Shown here piece by piece: positions 62,001 to 64,000 of a stretch of 64,000 nucleotides of DNA. This DNA is from Chloroflexota bacterium. GTDB taxonomy: Bacteria; Chloroflexota; UBA11872; VXOZ01. Each line of letters begins with the position of its first letter. Position 1 is the stretch's first letter. The translations under genes and the position numbers were made by a program. A model generated the notes under the pieces. The model ran no database searches. It was not told the DNA's origin and was given only the letters and a program-made list of their open reading frames with translations. Location: assembly GCA_964291655.2 (NCBI GenBank), contig OZ219802.1, positions 544,001-608,000 on the forward strand, given 5' to 3'.

Positions 62001-62309
62001 ATGAAACAGGTGCTCCACATTATCGACGACAAGGACAACACCGCAATCGCACTGGCTGACCTTACCCCAGGCGCCAAGGTCTCTTTCACAGGACCGGACG
62101 GCGCGCAGGAAGTCACGATTCTCGACGACATTCCCTTCGGTCACAAGGTTGCCGTGAAAGCCATCGGCAATGGCGAACACGTCATCAAATACGGCGAATC
62201 GATTGGGGCTGCCACGCAGGATATTGCGCCTGGCAATCACGTGCACACGCAGAACTTAGAGAGCCTGCGCGGGCGGGGTGACCTCGTCGGCGCCGACCAA
62301 TCCTCCTAG
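62001..62309 (+). CDS. UxaA/GarD-type N-terminal SAF-domain protein
   Basis: DNTAIAL, IPFGHKVA, VIKYGESIG and GNHVHTQN motifs. Confidence 0.88.
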   Translation: MKQVLHIIDDKDNTAIALADLTPGAKVSFTGPDGAQEVTILDDIPFGHKVAVKAIGNGEHVIKYGESIGAATQDIAPGNHVHTQNLESLRGRGDLVGADQSS

Positions 62310-62328
62310 CCCTGCCGCTGCCACTGTC

Positions 62329-63030
62329 ATGCCTGCACAGAAGTCCGCAAGCCCGCCAAAGCGCAAGCGAGGCAGGGAATCAAAGCGCGCTCTCCGCGAG
62401 CGTCTAGGACAGATCGTCTCTTGCCTCCGCGCAACCTATCCTGAAGCCGAATGCGCTCTTGAATATCGTAGCGTGTGGGAACTATTGGTTGCCACCATCC
62501 TCTCCGCGCAGTGCACGGACAAGCGCGTAAACATGGTCACTCCGGCCCTCTTTGAGCGCTTTCCAACAGTGGAAGCCTTTGCAGCGGCGCCGCGTGAAGA
62601 GCTGGAAACAGCCATCAGGACAACCGGCTTCTTTCGCAATAAAGCCAAGAATATTCAGGGCGCCGCGCACGTGCTGCTGGAGAGATTCGGGGGCGCTGTG
62701 CCTAACACGATGGCGGAACTCCTCGAGTTGCCCGGCGTAGCGCGGAAGACCGCCAATGTTGTGCTCGGCGTGGCTTTTCAGGTTGCCGACGGGGTTGTAG
62801 TCGACACCCACGTTTCGCGCCTCTCTCAGCGCCTGCGGCTGACCCGCGAAAAAGAGCCCACCAAGATCGAGCGAGATCTCATGCAGATTGTGCCTCAGTC
62901 TGATTGGATAGACATTGGACACCTGCTAATTCACCACGGCCGGGCGCTCTGCACCGCTCGCAAGCCTGCCTGTGGCGAATGCCCGTTACAGGACCTTTGC
63001 CCAAGCGCGGCACTCTATCTCAACGGTTAG
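62329..63030 (+). CDS. nth: Endonuclease III
   Basis: LSAQCTD, LPGVARKTANVV, VDTHV and the C-x6-C-x2-C-x5-C Fe-S motif; start approximate. Confidence 0.95.
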   Translation: MPAQKSASPPKRKRGRESKRALRERLGQIVSCLRATYPEAECALEYRSVWELLVATILSAQCTDKRVNMVTPALFERFPTVEAFAAAPREELETAIRTTGFFRNKAKNIQGAAHVLLERFGGAVPNTMAELLELPGVARKTANVVLGVAFQVADGVVVDTHVSRLSQRLRLTREKEPTKIERDLMQIVPQSDWIDIGHLLIHHGRALCTARKPACGECPLQDLCPSAALYLNG

Positions 63031-63132
63031 ATCGGATCCGGCAGTCCTCTACCCCACATTTGCAGGCCAGGCGGAATCTATAGCATCTAGGCACACACAA
63101 TAATTAGGTGCCAGTTTTAGATGCTTGTCCAG

Positions 63133-63465
63133 CTACTCTTTCTCCACACAACAGGGACAACCTTCGCGCAATCCATCGAAAGTGTAAATGCCCGTGTTGT
63201 GGCCGTCTTCCCAGTGCATCCGGACCGCATAGCTCCCCACTTGCTCAATTGACTCCAGGAACGTCTGAGCTGCCGTCAGAATTATGCCGGCATGCATCGA
63301 CCCGGGAATGTCCATTTCACCGGCGCAAAGAGCACATGGACACGAGCGGCGCAAGTCCTCCCAATCGTAGCGGCTAATGTGCCCATCTCGCCACTCGACC
63401 CTGAGTTCGCGGCTGTCCTCGCCGCGTGATATCATCGCGGGCGTTCGTGCCCGAATGTCCCTCAT
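63133..63465 (-). CDS. DUF971 / gamma-butyrobetaine-hydroxylase N-terminal-like domain protein
   Basis: WRDGH, LRRSCPCALC, VGSYA and WEDGHNTGIY motifs. Confidence 0.88.
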   Translation of the reverse strand: MRDIRARTPAMISRGEDSRELRVEWRDGHISRYDWEDLRRSCPCALCAGEMDIPGSMHAGIILTAAQTFLESIEQVGSYAVRMHWEDGHNTGIYTFDGLREGCPCCVEKE

Positions 63466-63611
63466 ATCTTGCTCCGCATGTGAATTCTTCCGTTACTACG
63501 TGTTACGTCCTGCGCTGAATAGTCCGAAAGGCACCTGGCCCCGGACTGCCACGTATGGATTGGCACGGCGCTTTGAGAAGTCAACCGCACCCAATCGCGC
63601 TCTCGCCAGGC

Positions 63612-63648
63612 AATCAAGAACGCACCCCGACGTTGTCGGGGTGCGTTC
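63612..63648 (-). terminator. Strong hairpin, probable terminator of the upstream small-ORF/RNA transcript
   Basis: GAACGCACCCCGAC-3 nt-GTCGGGGTGCGTTC perfect 14-bp stem, followed by TTGATT on the minus strand. Confidence 0.7.
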
Positions 63649-63657
63649 ACTTCCATT

Positions 63658-63832
63658 GCTGGGTCGGGCAGTAATTCCGCCTATTCATCGCCCTAACCTC
63701 GGGCACTGGCTCGAGGTTGGCTCGCTCACATCAGCGCGTCGCCGAAACTACCCGTCAAGAGGCGGAACCCAACGCCCTGTTTTGTGGCCCCCCACCCGCA
63801 TCAGTCGTAGTTTTCAATCCCGCGGATGGAGG
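63658..63832 (-). ncRNA. Candidate structured RNA with pseudoknot potential; family not recognised
   Basis: GTTGGGT/ACCCAGC, TCCGCCT/AGGCGGA and CGGGTAGT/ACTGCCCG pairings in crossed order, plus AACCTCG/CGAGGTT and CCTCCATCCGC/GCGGGTGGGGG stems. Confidence 0.5.
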
Positions 63833-63833
63833 G

Positions 63834-63902
63834 TTACCTGTCCACTTGCCAAACACAATACAGCACTCTCGGATTATCGAGCGGCAAGCGCATTCCTTTC
63901 AT
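63834..63902 (-). CDS. Putative 22-aa small protein MKGMRLPLDNPRVLYCVWQVDR
   Basis: Very strong RBS AAAGGAGGGAGGTGA 3 nt before ATG; TAA stop; promoter directly upstream. Confidence 0.6.
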   Translation of the reverse strand: MKGMRLPLDNPRVLYCVWQVDR

Positions 63903-63956
63903 GGCTCACCTCCCTCCTTTCGTGCAGTACCGAGGGTTCACACCCTCCTTAGTTCA

Positions 63957-63985
63957 AATTAACCACAATTCATAGAATTTGTCAA
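63957..63985 (-). promoter_or_regulatory. Putative sigma70-type promoter
   Basis: Perfect -35 TTGACA, 17-nt spacer ending TGG, -10-like TTAATT. Confidence 0.6.
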
Positions 63986-64000
63986 GCGTTCGGAACCGAT

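Noticed and set aside
63612-63950. tmRNA, SRP RNA, RNase P RNA, hammerhead ribozyme or fluoride riboswitch
   Set aside because: Lacks their signatures (tRNA-like ends, GGAAGGAAGCAG loop, GAGGAAAGTCC, CTGATGA plus GAAA core, GGCGATGG..TTCGCC); kept as an unknown RNA

Overview
A GC-rich bacterial chromosomal window. Gene content and organisation suggest Chloroflexota; this is an inference, not a database result. Housekeeping and metabolic loci: a MoxR-DUF58-VWA operon (truncated at the window start), acs, an Fe/Mn SOD, a set of orphan catabolic enzymes (MBL hydrolase, amidohydrolase, enolase-superfamily enzyme, SDR, alkaline-phosphatase-superfamily enzyme, four xylose-isomerase-like TIM barrels), secG, hisI/hisE, an Rrf2-sufCBD-Rieske-sufS-sufU operon, HU, a MacAB-like ABC exporter with a very long adaptor, ilvBNC-leuA, mobB, frameshifted prfB and nth. 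RNA genes: tRNA-Sec (selC) and tRNA-Ser(CGA). The most interesting signals lie outside the ORF track. (1) At the right end is an apparently self-contained minus-strand unit: promoter, strong RBS, 22-aa ORF, pseudoknot-capable RNA and terminator. (2) Three copies of a ~240-260 bp MITE carry palindromic REP-like modules; two copies are interrupted in the same palindrome by unrelated IS elements (IS481-type and IS1182-type), and ~24-nt hairpin modules nest inside other repeats. (3) A Val/Leu leader-peptide attenuator with a long-range antiterminator sits ahead of an unknown membrane protein and ilvBNC-leuA. No CRISPR array, rRNA or prophage was seen. All calls were made by eye, with no searches or folding runs.
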